A stretch of DNA of 64,000 nucleotides. Source: a virus. Its lineage: Duplodnaviria > Caudoviricetes. The notes under the pieces were generated by a model, which was given only the letters and a program-made list of their open reading frames with translations, did not search any database and had not been told where the DNA came from. The translations under genes and the position numbers were made by a program. The DNA lies in IMG/VR virus record IMGVR_UViG_3300025357_000008, positions 106,262 to 170,261 of that record. One strand, given 5' to 3'. This document shows positions 20,690 to 30,709 of the stretch, in pieces; position 1 is the stretch's first letter, and each line of letters opens with the position of its first letter.

Positions 20690-21898
20690 ATGGGAAAATT
20701 CAATCTGTCAGATGCCGCTAAAGCTATTTTGAACGAAGGCTCAAAAGAGACTTTAGAAGGTAACGTAAAACAAAAGATGGGTCAAAGAGGATCCGACAAG
20801 CACCCAAGCGGTGAAGTTGGAAAAGATGCCGTTAAGCCAAATATTGCTTACGGTTCTAAATCTGCTGGTATGGTAGGTCAATCACCAGAAGAAATGGATG
20901 ATGCATTACCAGATTACTTAAAAGGCACACCAACAGCAACAGCACCAGGTGCAACACCACCTGTAGGTTCAGAAAAAGACGGTGTTGGTTATTCTAAGCC
21001 AAAAGGTCAACCACAAGAAACAATGGGACGCAAAGACATTATGGTACCTGCACAAGATACAGCTAATCAATACGATGCTATCCGTGACCGTGTTGCATCA
21101 AAATTAGCAAAACAAACAATGAAGCCAAATCCAGGTGCTACATTCCAATCATATGGTGAAGGTATTGACCTTTCTGATGACGTAAATGCGTTGCTAGAAG
21201 GTGAATCTTTATCTGAAGAATTCAAATTAAAAGCAACAACAATCTTTGAAGCCGCTGTTACATCACGCATCGAAGCAATTGTTGAAGAAGTTGAAGCAAG
21301 TTTAGTAGAACAATACGAAGCTGGTATCGAACAAATCAAAGAAGAACTAGCAGAAAAACTAGACCAGTATATTGATTACTTTGCAGAACAATACATGATT
21401 CAAAACGAATTGGCAATTGTTTCCGGTCTACGTGCAGAAATTGCCGAAGACTTTATGACAAGCCTGCGTAACGTATTCATGGAACACAATATTGACATTC
21501 CAGAAGAGCAAGTTCAAGTTGTCGAAGAGTTGACAACAAGAGTTGAAGAACTAGAACAAGCCTTGGATGAAGAAGTCAAAAACGCTGTTGCTTTAAAGAG
21601 AGCACTAAGCGAACAAGTAAAAATTGAGGCTATCCACACAGCTTGTGAAGGCCTAACTCAGACTCAGGAAGAAAAATTAAAATCACTCGCAGAGGGTGTT
21701 GAATTTACTACTGAAGAAGAATTTAATGCTAAACTAAACGTTTTGAAAGAATCTTATTTCAAAGCAGACGTTAAAGTTGCAGAAAGTTCTATGCTGAACG
21801 AAGGTATTGAAATTGAAGAAGAGAAGAAACAAAACGTTTCAACAGATGATTCAATCAATCAATATGTCAGAACTATTTCACAAACTTTGGTAAAATAA
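20690..21898 (+). CDS. gp22: Prohead scaffold gp22
   Basis: LSEEFKLKATTIFEAAV; KLKSLAEGVEF. Confidence 0.93.
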   Translation: MGKFNLSDAAKAILNEGSKETLEGNVKQKMGQRGSDKHPSGEVGKDAVKPNIAYGSKSAGMVGQSPEEMDDALPDYLKGTPTATAPGATPPVGSEKDGVGYSKPKGQPQETMGRKDIMVPAQDTANQYDAIRDRVASKLAKQTMKPNPGATFQSYGEGIDLSDDVNALLEGESLSEEFKLKATTIFEAAVTSRIEAIVEEVEASLVEQYEAGIEQIKEELAEKLDQYIDYFAEQYMIQNELAIVSGLRAEIAEDFMTSLRNVFMEHNIDIPEEQVQVVEELTTRVEELEQALDEEVKNAVALKRALSEQVKIEAIHTACEGLTQTQEEKLKSLAEGVEFTTEEEFNAKLNVLKESYFKADVKVAESSMLNEGIEIEEEKKQNVSTDDSINQYVRTISQTLVK

Positions 21899-21941
21899 TA
21901 AATAAACTACCAATACAAGATACTAATAAGGAGAACAACTA

Positions 21942-23306
21942 ATGTATCTATCCGAAGAACTACAAAAGAAATGGCAACCAGTTCTGGAGCACCCAGAATT
22001 AGAAGCAATTAAAGACCCATACAAGAGAGCAGTTACATCTGTTATTCTTGAGAACCAACATCAAGCGATGCAAAAAGACCGTCAGGCTTTGCATGAGACT
22101 ACAGATACTGGTCCTACAAACGTTACTGGTGGCGTTCAGAACTTTGACCCAATCTTAATCAGCTTGGTTCGCCGTTCATTACCAAACTTGATTGCATATG
22201 ACATTGCTGGTGTACAGCCAATGACAGGTCCAACAGGTTTGATTTTCGCAATGCGTGCCCGTTATACAGGCCAAGGTACTGGTAATGCTGAAGCGTTCTA
22301 TAACGAAGCAAACACAGTATTCACTGGTGCTAACACAGGTACTCAGTACAACGAATACGGATTCTCTGGTAACACAGCATCTGATACATCAAACAACTAC
22401 TTCGCATCTACATTCGGTGCTCCAAATGGTGCAAACAACTTCACAACTGGTATCGGTATTCAAACATCAATGGCTGAATACTTGGGTTCAGACTCTAATA
22501 CTGCTTTCCAACAAATGGCATTCTCTATCGAGAAAGTTACTGTTACAGCACAATCTAGAGCATTGAAAGCTGAGTACTCTTTAGAACTCGCACAAGACTT
22601 GAAAGCAATTCACGGTCTTGATGCAGAAACAGAATTGTCAAACATTCTGTCTACAGAGATTCTAGCTGAGATTAACCGTGAAGTTATCCGTACAATCTAT
22701 TTGTCTGCCGTTCCTGGTGCACAATACGGTACAGTAACAAAAGGTTATTTCGACTTAGATACTGACTCAAACGGTCGTTGGTCTGTTGAGCGTTTCAAAG
22801 GTTTGATTTTCCAAGTTGAGCGTGATGCTAACGTTATTGCAAAGCAAACTCGTCGTGGTAAAGGTAACGTGATGATTGTATCATCTGACGTTGCTTCCGC
22901 TATGGCAATGGCTGGTGTATTGTCTTATACTCCTGCTCTACAAGCTGACTTGCAAGTTGACGATACAGGTAACACATTCGCTGGATTGTTACATGGTCGT
23001 ATCAAAGTTTACATCGACCCATACTTCGGTGGTTACCAACAAAATATCGAATTGGCAACAATCGGTTACAAAGGTACATCACCATATGATGCAGGTCTAT
23101 TCTACTGCCCATACGTACCGTTACAAATGGTTCGTGCAGTTGACCAGTTCACATTCCAACCAAAAATTGGATTCAAGACTCGTTACGGCATGGTAGCAAA
23201 CCCATTTGCACAAGGTCTTAACACACCTGCAGGTAATAACAACGGCTTGATTCAAGCTGGTACAAACGTTTACTACCGAATTTTCGGTGTTAAAAACTTG
23301 ATGTAA
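21942..23306 (+). CDS. gp23: Major capsid protein gp23
   Basis: GVQPMTGPTGLIFAMR, ELAQDLKAIHGLDAE, FQPKIGFKTRYG. Confidence 0.99.
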   Translation: MYLSEELQKKWQPVLEHPELEAIKDPYKRAVTSVILENQHQAMQKDRQALHETTDTGPTNVTGGVQNFDPILISLVRRSLPNLIAYDIAGVQPMTGPTGLIFAMRARYTGQGTGNAEAFYNEANTVFTGANTGTQYNEYGFSGNTASDTSNNYFASTFGAPNGANNFTTGIGIQTSMAEYLGSDSNTAFQQMAFSIEKVTVTAQSRALKAEYSLELAQDLKAIHGLDAETELSNILSTEILAEINREVIRTIYLSAVPGAQYGTVTKGYFDLDTDSNGRWSVERFKGLIFQVERDANVIAKQTRRGKGNVMIVSSDVASAMAMAGVLSYTPALQADLQVDDTGNTFAGLLHGRIKVYIDPYFGGYQQNIELATIGYKGTSPYDAGLFYCPYVPLQMVRAVDQFTFQPKIGFKTRYGMVANPFAQGLNTPAGNNNGLIQAGTNVYYRIFGVKNLM

Positions 23307-23333
23307 TCAAGAAGCCAACGAAGATTGGCATTT

Positions 23334-23361
23334 AAAAGGGATCTTCGGATCCCTTTTTTTT
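23334..23361 (+). terminator. Intrinsic terminator after gp23
   Basis: AAAAGGGATC-TTCG-GATCCCTTTTTTTT. Confidence 0.9.
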
Positions 23362-23378
23362 GCTTTATAAATACCCCT

Positions 23379-23882
23379 ATGACAGCACTAAACAGAAACC
23401 CACAGAATACGAATCTATTACAACCTACAAAGTTCTTGTTGAACTTTACTAAGATTGATTCGGTACAATACTTTTGTCAAGGTATCAATTTACCTGGCAT
23501 TACTCTTTCAGGTCCGGCTCAACAGTCAACACCATTTCAATCTATACCGAAAGCTGGTGACGTATTAACGTATAATCCTTTAAGTGTTACGTTTACAGTT
23601 GACGAAGATTTAAAAACAATTCAAGCAATACAAAACTGGCTCAAAGGTATTGCAAACCCATCAGGATTTTCAGGTAGAAATAAAGACTACAAAGATAACT
23701 ATTCTGATGCTATTCTTACCATTCTTACTGGTTTAAACAATACCAATTTAAGAATTCAATTTATAAATTTATTTCCGACAGACATATCAGACATCGAGTT
23801 TGATACCAAAGATTCGGCAGATAATATCATTGTCGCAACGGCAACCTTTATATATGAATATTATAACATATTGACAAATTAA
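23379..23882 (+). CDS. gp3: Tail completion/tube terminator gp3 (ATG at 23379)
   Basis: YFCQGINLPG, FTVDEDL, LFPTDIS; after late promoter 23366. Confidence 0.85.
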   Translation: MTALNRNPQNTNLLQPTKFLLNFTKIDSVQYFCQGINLPGITLSGPAQQSTPFQSIPKAGDVLTYNPLSVTFTVDEDLKTIQAIQNWLKGIANPSGFSGRNKDYKDNYSDAILTILTGLNNTNLRIQFINLFPTDISDIEFDTKDSADNIIVATATFIYEYYNILTN

Positions 23883-23899
23883 TCGTTTTATGTTATACT
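23871..23899 (+). promoter_or_regulatory. Sigma70-type promoter for uvsY-uvsW
   Basis: TTGACA-17-TATACT with TG extension. Confidence 0.8.
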
Positions 23900-23923
23900 G
23901 AAATTTTGTAATTGGATTTTGAT

Positions 23924-24358
23924 ATGGAAAAACTTGATAACATTTTGAAAATGTGGGAGAATGATTCAGCAGTCGATAAGACAGAACCTAGTTCTGAACT
24001 TACCAGAGTGCCACAGCTTCATAGCAAATACCTAAATATACTAACATCACACAAGATAGCCGCAAAGAAGGCTTTCTTCGACCTTCAACGTATGAAGAAG
24101 GTGAAGTGGGAATACTATACCGGAAAGATGGACAAAGAAACATTAGACCAGTATGGGTGGGAACCGTTCCAGTTTACATTAAAATCTGATGTAAGCACTT
24201 ATATGGAAGCGGATGAAGATATGATTAGACTTAACGAGAAAAAAGTATACCACGATGAGGTGGTTTCTGTAGTTGAGTATATTATGAATGAATTGAAGTC
24301 TAGGACGTTTCAACTTAGAGACATTATATCGTGGGAGAAATTTATTGGAGGACAATGA
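23924..24358 (+). CDS. uvsY: Recombination mediator UvsY
   Basis: PQLHSKYL, WEYYTGK, IISWEKF. Confidence 0.9.
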   Translation: MEKLDNILKMWENDSAVDKTEPSSELTRVPQLHSKYLNILTSHKIAAKKAFFDLQRMKKVKWEYYTGKMDKETLDQYGWEPFQFTLKSDVSTYMEADEDMIRLNEKKVYHDEVVSVVEYIMNELKSRTFQLRDIISWEKFIGGQ

Positions 24359-25857
24359 GTGACTTAGTAATCTACAAGAAGAATGAAGCATTTCTTCAAA
24401 TTAAATGTGAGCAACATATTGCAAAAGAACTATCTGATTATTTTACGTTCTTTGTGCCAGGTCACAAGTTTACTCCAGCCTTTAGAAATAAAATATGGGA
24501 CGGTAAGATACGTCTTTTTGATTTAAGAAACAATTCTCTATATCTTGGTTTACTAGATTACGTTAAAGAATTCTGTAATGCTAGAGAATACACAATAGAA
24601 TATACTGAACCATCGGTAGATGTAGAAGATGAGTTCAGCAGATATCATGCAGAGAAGTTTGTAGATAGTTTAAAGCTACAGTCTCAAAGTAAAGATATTC
24701 TTACTCACGACCATCAATTAGATGCGTTTATTAACGTTATGCAGAGGCGTAGAGCACTTTTATTGTCTCCTACAGCATCAGGTAAGTCTTTAATCATTTA
24801 TCTCTTTATACGTCAGTTCCTTGAGTTTCAAGGACTCAAAGGACTCATTCTAGTACCGACAACATCTTTGGTAGAACAATTACATTCAGACTTTGAAGAT
24901 TATTCTACCAATAACGGCTTTAACACGGAAAAAAATACTCAGAAAATCTATTCCGGTCAAGAAAAGAACTACGATAAACCTATTACAATATCTACATGGC
25001 AATCAATGCAACGGATGCCGGATGAATTCTTTCATCAATTTGATTTTGTAATTGGTGACGAAGCACATCTTTTTAAAGCAAAAGAACTCACTAGAATTCT
25101 TGCCGCTTGTATCAATACAAAATATAGGATAGGATTAACCGGAACGCTGGATGGAACTAAAACACACAAACTGGTATTAGAAGGTTTGTTTGGTTCTGTC
25201 AAGAAAGTTATTTCAACAAAAGAACTTATTGATAAAGGTATACTATCCGGATTTGAAGTCAAATGCTTGGTGTTAAAACATTCACCTGAGATTTGTGCAG
25301 AAATGAAAGATGCTACATATCAAGAAGAATTGCAATATCTTATACTGAATGAACAACGAAATAAGTTTATTAAAAATCTTGCGGTAAGCATGAAGACAAA
25401 CACGTTGGTTCTCTATCAAATGGTTGACAAACACGGCAAAATACTGTATAATATGATTAAGGATACAGAGAAGATTGGCGATAGAAAAGTCTTCTTTGTT
25501 TCGGGTGGAACAGAAACAAGTGAACGTGAAGAAATTCGTAAAATTGTAGAGAAAGAAAATGATGCTATTATTGTGGCTAGTTTTGGGACTTTTAGTACTG
25601 GAATTAATATTCGCAACCTGCATAATATTATATTCGCATCTCCATCAAAGTCACGAGTTAGAAATCTTCAGTCTATTGGACGAGGTCTTCGGAAATCGAC
25701 TGGTAAAGAAATAGCAACTCTTTATGATATTGCTGATGACCTTAGACATAAAAAACATACTAATCATACCTTAAATCATTTCATGGAACGGGTTGATATA
25801 TATAATGAAGAGAAGTTCCCTTTTAAAATCTACAACATAGGACTTAAAAATGGATAA
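24355..25857 (+). CDS. uvsW: SF2 helicase UvsW
   Basis: SPTASGKS, GDEAH, GLTGT, QSIGRGLR. Confidence 0.95.
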   Translation: MSDLVIYKKNEAFLQIKCEQHIAKELSDYFTFFVPGHKFTPAFRNKIWDGKIRLFDLRNNSLYLGLLDYVKEFCNAREYTIEYTEPSVDVEDEFSRYHAEKFVDSLKLQSQSKDILTHDHQLDAFINVMQRRRALLLSPTASGKSLIIYLFIRQFLEFQGLKGLILVPTTSLVEQLHSDFEDYSTNNGFNTEKNTQKIYSGQEKNYDKPITISTWQSMQRMPDEFFHQFDFVIGDEAHLFKAKELTRILAACINTKYRIGLTGTLDGTKTHKLVLEGLFGSVKKVISTKELIDKGILSGFEVKCLVLKHSPEICAEMKDATYQEELQYLILNEQRNKFIKNLAVSMKTNTLVLYQMVDKHGKILYNMIKDTEKIGDRKVFFVSGGTETSEREEIRKIVEKENDAIIVASFGTFSTGINIRNLHNIIFASPSKSRVRNLQSIGRGLRKSTGKEIATLYDIADDLRHKKHTNHTLNHFMERVDIYNEEKFPFKIYNIGLKNG

Positions 25858-26239
25858 TAGCAACGTAAGGATAGTCAGACTCAAAAGCGGTGAAGACATT
25901 CTTTGTAATCTTCTTATTAATGAAGACAAGGTTCTTGTCAATTTGATGGAACCCATGTTACTTGAATATGAAACTTATGGTGATAGTCAACATCTTTGTA
26001 TTTCAAATTGGCTTCCGGTAGCATTAGTTAAAGAAAACAAATCGGTAATACCTGTTACTGAAGTTCTTTGTGTGATGCATCCGAATGAGGAATTGATTGA
26101 ATACTATAACGATACTCTTGATAAAATGAATTCTGCTTTGGTAGTTAAGCCAATGGAAGATTTAAATGAAGAAGAGATGGCTCAAATGATGGAAGTTATG
26201 GAGGAAATAAAGACTACTAAAGGATTGGTAATGCATTAA
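25850..26239 (+). CDS. Conserved hypothetical protein (Sm-like fold likely)
   Basis: IVRLKSGEDI N-terminus; usual position between uvsW and gp55. Confidence 0.55.
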   Translation: MDNSNVRIVRLKSGEDILCNLLINEDKVLVNLMEPMLLEYETYGDSQHLCISNWLPVALVKENKSVIPVTEVLCVMHPNEELIEYYNDTLDKMNSALVVKPMEDLNEEEMAQMMEVMEEIKTTKGLVMH

Positions 26240-26268
26240 TTAATCAATCTCTAACAGTCTACATAGCC

Positions 26269-26297
26269 AGTGTATCATTTGTCAAGCACTTTGTCAA
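26269..26297 (-). promoter_or_regulatory. Antisense sigma70-type promoter upstream of gp55
   Basis: Minus strand TTGACA-aagtgcttgacaaatga(17)-TACACT. Confidence 0.6.
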
Positions 26298-26318
26298 TAC
26301 TTTTTACGGTAAACTTGA

Positions 26319-26864
26319 ATGAAAAAACCAAAGGAATATGTTAATAATGCAGATTTTACTCAAGCATTAATTGATTATAAAATAGCATCGGAAGAGGCGA
26401 AACGTCTCGGCAAGCCTAAACCAAAGATCCCGAATTACATCGGTGAATGTTGGATGAAGATTGCCGAGAATTTCTCACACAAACCTAACTTTATTAATTA
26501 CCCACATCGGGAAGAAATGGTATCAGACGGTATAGAAAACTGTCTAATGTATTTCGAAAACTTTGATCCCAACAAATCTAAAAACCCATTTGCTTACTTC
26601 TCTCAAGTAGTATTCTTTGCGTTCTTACGTAGAATAGAAAAAGAGAAGAAACAGCTATACGTCAAATACAAATCTACAGAAATGCTTGGTGTCTTAGATG
26701 AACACGAGCAAAATGACTTTGAAGACGGTACTTCAAGGCAGTTTCAACTGTATGACAACATTGGCGAATTCATTTCTAATTACGAAAAATCTAAAAAGAC
26801 TAAACTTGCCAAAACTAAAAAGAAAGCAAAAGGTCTTGAAAAATATATTAAGGAGACGGTATGA
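26319..26864 (+). CDS. gp55: Late-transcription sigma factor gp55
   Basis: YVNNADF, PNYIGEC, NPFAYFSQ..FAFLRRI. Confidence 0.95.
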   Translation: MKKPKEYVNNADFTQALIDYKIASEEAKRLGKPKPKIPNYIGECWMKIAENFSHKPNFINYPHREEMVSDGIENCLMYFENFDPNKSKNPFAYFSQVVFFAFLRRIEKEKKQLYVKYKSTEMLGVLDEHEQNDFEDGTSRQFQLYDNIGEFISNYEKSKKTKLAKTKKKAKGLEKYIKETV

Positions 26865-27301
26865 TTGATTACAACGGTTTAAAAATAGGCTTCACATGTT
26901 CTTGTTTTGATTTGTTTCATGCCGGACATGTAATGATGTTGAAAGAGGCGAGAACACAATGCGACTATTTAATTGTAGGTCTACAATCTGACCCTACCAT
27001 TGATAGACCAGAAAAGAATAAACCGGTACAAACATTACTAGAACGATATATTCAACTTGAAGGTTGCAAGTACGTAGATGAAATAGTTCCCTATTCCACC
27101 GAAAAAGAGTTGATGGACATCTTGACAAGTTACCCAATTGATGTTAGAATAATAGGAGAAGAGTACAGGGACAAGCAATTTACTGGGTTTAACCTATCAA
27201 TGTCTGTGTACTTTAATTCAAGACAACACAGTTTCAGTACAACAGAACTAAGACAACGTGTATTAACAGCAAACACAAAAAACATTACACCACCTAAATG
27301 A
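26861..27301 (+). CDS. Glycerol-3-phosphate cytidylyltransferase-like (TagD family)
   Basis: FDLFHAGH (HxGH) and HSFSTTELR motifs. Confidence 0.85.
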   Translation: MIDYNGLKIGFTCSCFDLFHAGHVMMLKEARTQCDYLIVGLQSDPTIDRPEKNKPVQTLLERYIQLEGCKYVDEIVPYSTEKELMDILTSYPIDVRIIGEEYRDKQFTGFNLSMSVYFNSRQHSFSTTELRQRVLTANTKNITPPK

Positions 27302-28371
27302 AAGTTGCGATAATAACGGACCAGCATTTCGGCGTAAGAAATGACTCCCCACAATTTTTGGATTACTATGAGAAGTTTTATAAGGATACTTTTTTTCCTA
27401 CTCTTGATAATGAGCATATATCTACTGTTCTCATACTTGGGGATACGTTTGACAGGCGTAAATATGTCAACTTTAATACATTAAAACGTGCTAAAGAGAT
27501 GTTTTTTGATGAACTTGAGCGTAGAAATATACAAATTCATATGATTGTCGGTAACCATGATACGTTTTTTAAGAACACAAATGATGTGAATTCAGTTGAT
27601 TTGTTATTAGAGAACTATAAAAATATTACCATTATCGAAAACGCTAAGACGATTGATATAGATGGTTTTGAAGTTTGTATGTTGCCGTGGATTTGTGCAG
27701 AAAATTATACTGATAGTATAAACGAAATTAAAAATACAAAGGCAACTATCTGCATGGGTCATTTAGAGATTGCCGGATTTGCAATGTATCGAGGTATGCA
27801 TACAGATGAAGGTTTGGATCGTGAACTATTTAATAAGTTTGAGTATACTTTCTCAGGTCACTATCATCATAAACATAATTTTGGCAACATTTATTATTTG
27901 GGTAATCCTTATGAACTCACTTGGCAAGACTATGCCGATCCTCGTGGGTTTCATATATTCGATTTTGGTACTCTTGATGTACCGACTTTCATACAAAACC
28001 CAAACAGTATGTTTCACAAAATCATGTATGACGATAAAGCAGAATCAGTTATTGACATAAATGCCAAAGACTTATCAAAGTATACAGATACACATGTGAA
28101 AGTGGTAGTTGTAAACAAGACTAACCCTTACTTATTTGAGAAGTTTGTAAATCGTTTGTACCAGATTAATCCTGCCGATGTTACGATTGCCGAAGATTTT
28201 TCGGAGTTGACAGAAGAGTTAAATTCTGATACAATAGACCAAGCAGACGATACTTTGTCAATCCTAAATAAGTATGTCGATACTATCAAAGAAGACCATA
28301 TTGACAACAGTAAACTCAAAAACATTTTCAAAGAATTATACGTAGAAGCATTGAACCCTGATACAGAATGA
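27298..28371 (+). CDS. gp47: Recombination endonuclease gp47 (Mre11-like)
   Basis: TDQHFG, LGDTFD, GNHD, SGHYH. Confidence 0.95.
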   Translation: MKVAIITDQHFGVRNDSPQFLDYYEKFYKDTFFPTLDNEHISTVLILGDTFDRRKYVNFNTLKRAKEMFFDELERRNIQIHMIVGNHDTFFKNTNDVNSVDLLLENYKNITIIENAKTIDIDGFEVCMLPWICAENYTDSINEIKNTKATICMGHLEIAGFAMYRGMHTDEGLDRELFNKFEYTFSGHYHHKHNFGNIYYLGNPYELTWQDYADPRGFHIFDFGTLDVPTFIQNPNSMFHKIMYDDKAESVIDINAKDLSKYTDTHVKVVVVNKTNPYLFEKFVNRLYQINPADVTIAEDFSELTEELNSDTIDQADDTLSILNKYVDTIKEDHIDNSKLKNIFKELYVEALNPDTE

Positions 28372-30080
28372 TATTATTTAAAAAGATTCGATGGAAGAAT
28401 TTTCTATCCACCGGAGCGCATTTTACTGAGATTGACTTTACAAAATCTACGAACACATTAATTGTGGGGCATAACGGTGCCGGTAAGTCAACTATATTAG
28501 ATGCGTTGTGTTTCGTTTTGTTTAATAAGCCTTATCGCAAGATAAACAAGACACAGATACCGAACTCTATTAACAATTCAGATTGTCTTGTTGAAATTGA
28601 GTTTGATATTGGCACAAAGAAGTATAAAGTTATAAGAGGTATCAAACCTAATACGTTTGAAATCTATTGTAACGGTGTTTTAGTGAACCAGGATGCGAAA
28701 GCAAAAGACTATCAGGAACATTTAGAGAAGTTTATTCTCAAACTAAATTATAAGTCCTTTACGCAAGTAGTCATCCTTGGTTCCGCCTCTTTTGTTCCGT
28801 TCATGCAGTTAGAAACTAAGGACCGCAGAACAATTATTGAGGACTTATTAGACATTGAAATTTTCTCTGAGATGAATGTTATTCTTGCCGATAAGTTAAA
28901 GATTGTTAAGAGTAATCTAATACAGAACACAAGCGATAGAAAACTCAAAGCAGAATTGATTAAGACTAATGAAAGTTTTATTGAACAACAGAAACAGTCA
29001 CATGCAGAAGAGATTGAAACAAAAAGAAACGAAATCAAAGAATCATCCGGTGTTATTGAGAAGTTACAATCTGACATTAAACTTATTAATAAACACATTG
29101 AGGTTTTACAATCTAAAATACAAGACAAAGAATCAGTTGAAGCAAAGACAAAGAAACTTTTTCAGCTTGAAGCGAAGATTGAGTCTAATATAAAGAAAGT
29201 TAAAAAGGATATTGAGTTCTATGAAAAAAATGACCATTGCCCAACCTGTAGACAATCAATCGAACCAGGATTCAAAACAGACCAAGTTACCGAACGTCAA
29301 AGCAAAGTCGATGTTCAACAAAAGGGTCTTGAAGAAATTACAGAGGAAATTAACAAGCGAAACGAACGATTAACAGAAATATCTGCAATAGTTAAACATA
29401 TCAACGCACATAATAATGAAGTTATTACACATAACTCAACAATATCTGCCACACAAAGATATGTTTCAAAATTATTAAAAGAAATTGACGAACTATCAAT
29501 CAAACGAGACACTCTTGCAGAAGAGACCGGTATAAAGACATTGAGAGTTGAGTTGGAGTCCTTGCAGTCAGACCATGAAGAACTTCATAAGACGAAACAG
29601 TATTATGACTTTGCCGCCACGCTATTGAAAGATACTGGTATCAAGACTAAGATAGTTCGTCAATATTTGCCAATTATGAACAAGTTAATCAATAAGTATC
29701 TGACTGCAATGGACTTTTTTGTTAACTTTAATATAAACGAGAACTTTGAGGAGACAATTAAATCGAGACATCGTGATGAATTTAGCTATTCTAATTTCTC
29801 AGAAGGTGAAAAACTTAGAATTGATTTGGCATTATTATTTACCTGGCGTGAGATTGCTAGAATGAAGAACTCTACTAATACGAATCTATTAATATTAGAT
29901 GAAGTATTTGATTCTAGTCTTGACATTGCCGGTACGGAAGAGTTTATGAAATTACTCAATCAACTTGGTACTGATACTAATTTGTTTGTGATTTCACATA
30001 AGGGCGACCAGCTATTTGATAAGTTTAGGTCGGTGATTAAATTTGAGAAGAAAACAAACTTTAGTAGGATTGTAAAATGA
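28368..30080 (+). CDS. gp46: Recombination ATPase gp46 (Rad50-like)
   Basis: GHNGAGKS, CPTC hook, FSEGEK, LILDEVFD. Confidence 0.96.
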   Translation: MILFKKIRWKNFLSTGAHFTEIDFTKSTNTLIVGHNGAGKSTILDALCFVLFNKPYRKINKTQIPNSINNSDCLVEIEFDIGTKKYKVIRGIKPNTFEIYCNGVLVNQDAKAKDYQEHLEKFILKLNYKSFTQVVILGSASFVPFMQLETKDRRTIIEDLLDIEIFSEMNVILADKLKIVKSNLIQNTSDRKLKAELIKTNESFIEQQKQSHAEEIETKRNEIKESSGVIEKLQSDIKLINKHIEVLQSKIQDKESVEAKTKKLFQLEAKIESNIKKVKKDIEFYEKNDHCPTCRQSIEPGFKTDQVTERQSKVDVQQKGLEEITEEINKRNERLTEISAIVKHINAHNNEVITHNSTISATQRYVSKLLKEIDELSIKRDTLAEETGIKTLRVELESLQSDHEELHKTKQYYDFAATLLKDTGIKTKIVRQYLPIMNKLINKYLTAMDFFVNFNINENFEETIKSRHRDEFSYSNFSEGEKLRIDLALLFTWREIARMKNSTNTNLLILDEVFDSSLDIAGTEEFMKLLNQLGTDTNLFVISHKGDQLFDKFRSVIKFEKKTNFSRIVK

Positions 30081-30709
30081 GTGAATTTAAATTAGTCATT
30101 GAAGATGATAAAAAGACTTCAACAAAAAAGGTAGCTGATGACGTAATCAGTTTTGATACGAGCAAGGCACTAGAACTACCAAAAGTAAGAAGAACGGCAC
30201 CTTTAGTTCCTGAATATCATCCAGTTTTAAGTGAAGTTCTACCTGAGTTTGATTTCAGTAAACCTCCTATGGATCCTACAGAACTTGCTTCAATACTTGT
30301 TGATACATGCATCGAAAATAAAGGCTACGGTCTATCTGCAAATCAAATAGGTATTAAACACCGAGTATTTGTTATGGGTGCAGGTGATGAATATGTTGCG
30401 TTCTTTAACCCTAAATTGATTGCAACTCGTGGTAGCGTTCATATGGAAGAAGCATGTTTATCGTTTCCGTTACTAATGTTGCATCTTACCAGACCGGCAG
30501 AAGTTGATGTTGAATACCAAGACTACACAGGAGAGGTAAAAACAGCAACATTTCACGGTATAAGTGCAAGATGTTTCTTACATGAGCTTGACCACATGAA
30601 CGGAATAGTGTATACTAGCCTTGCAAAACCTTTAGCCTTGCAAAGCGGTTACAAGAAACGCATGAAACTTTTAGGTAAACTTGGGTATAAATTTAAGAAA
30701 AGAAAATAA
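30077..30709 (+). CDS. def: Peptide deformylase
   Basis: GLSANQIG, EACLS, HELDH. Confidence 0.92.
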   Translation: MSEFKLVIEDDKKTSTKKVADDVISFDTSKALELPKVRRTAPLVPEYHPVLSEVLPEFDFSKPPMDPTELASILVDTCIENKGYGLSANQIGIKHRVFVMGAGDEYVAFFNPKLIATRGSVHMEEACLSFPLLMLHLTRPAEVDVEYQDYTGEVKTATFHGISARCFLHELDHMNGIVYTSLAKPLALQSGYKKRMKLLGKLGYKFKKRK

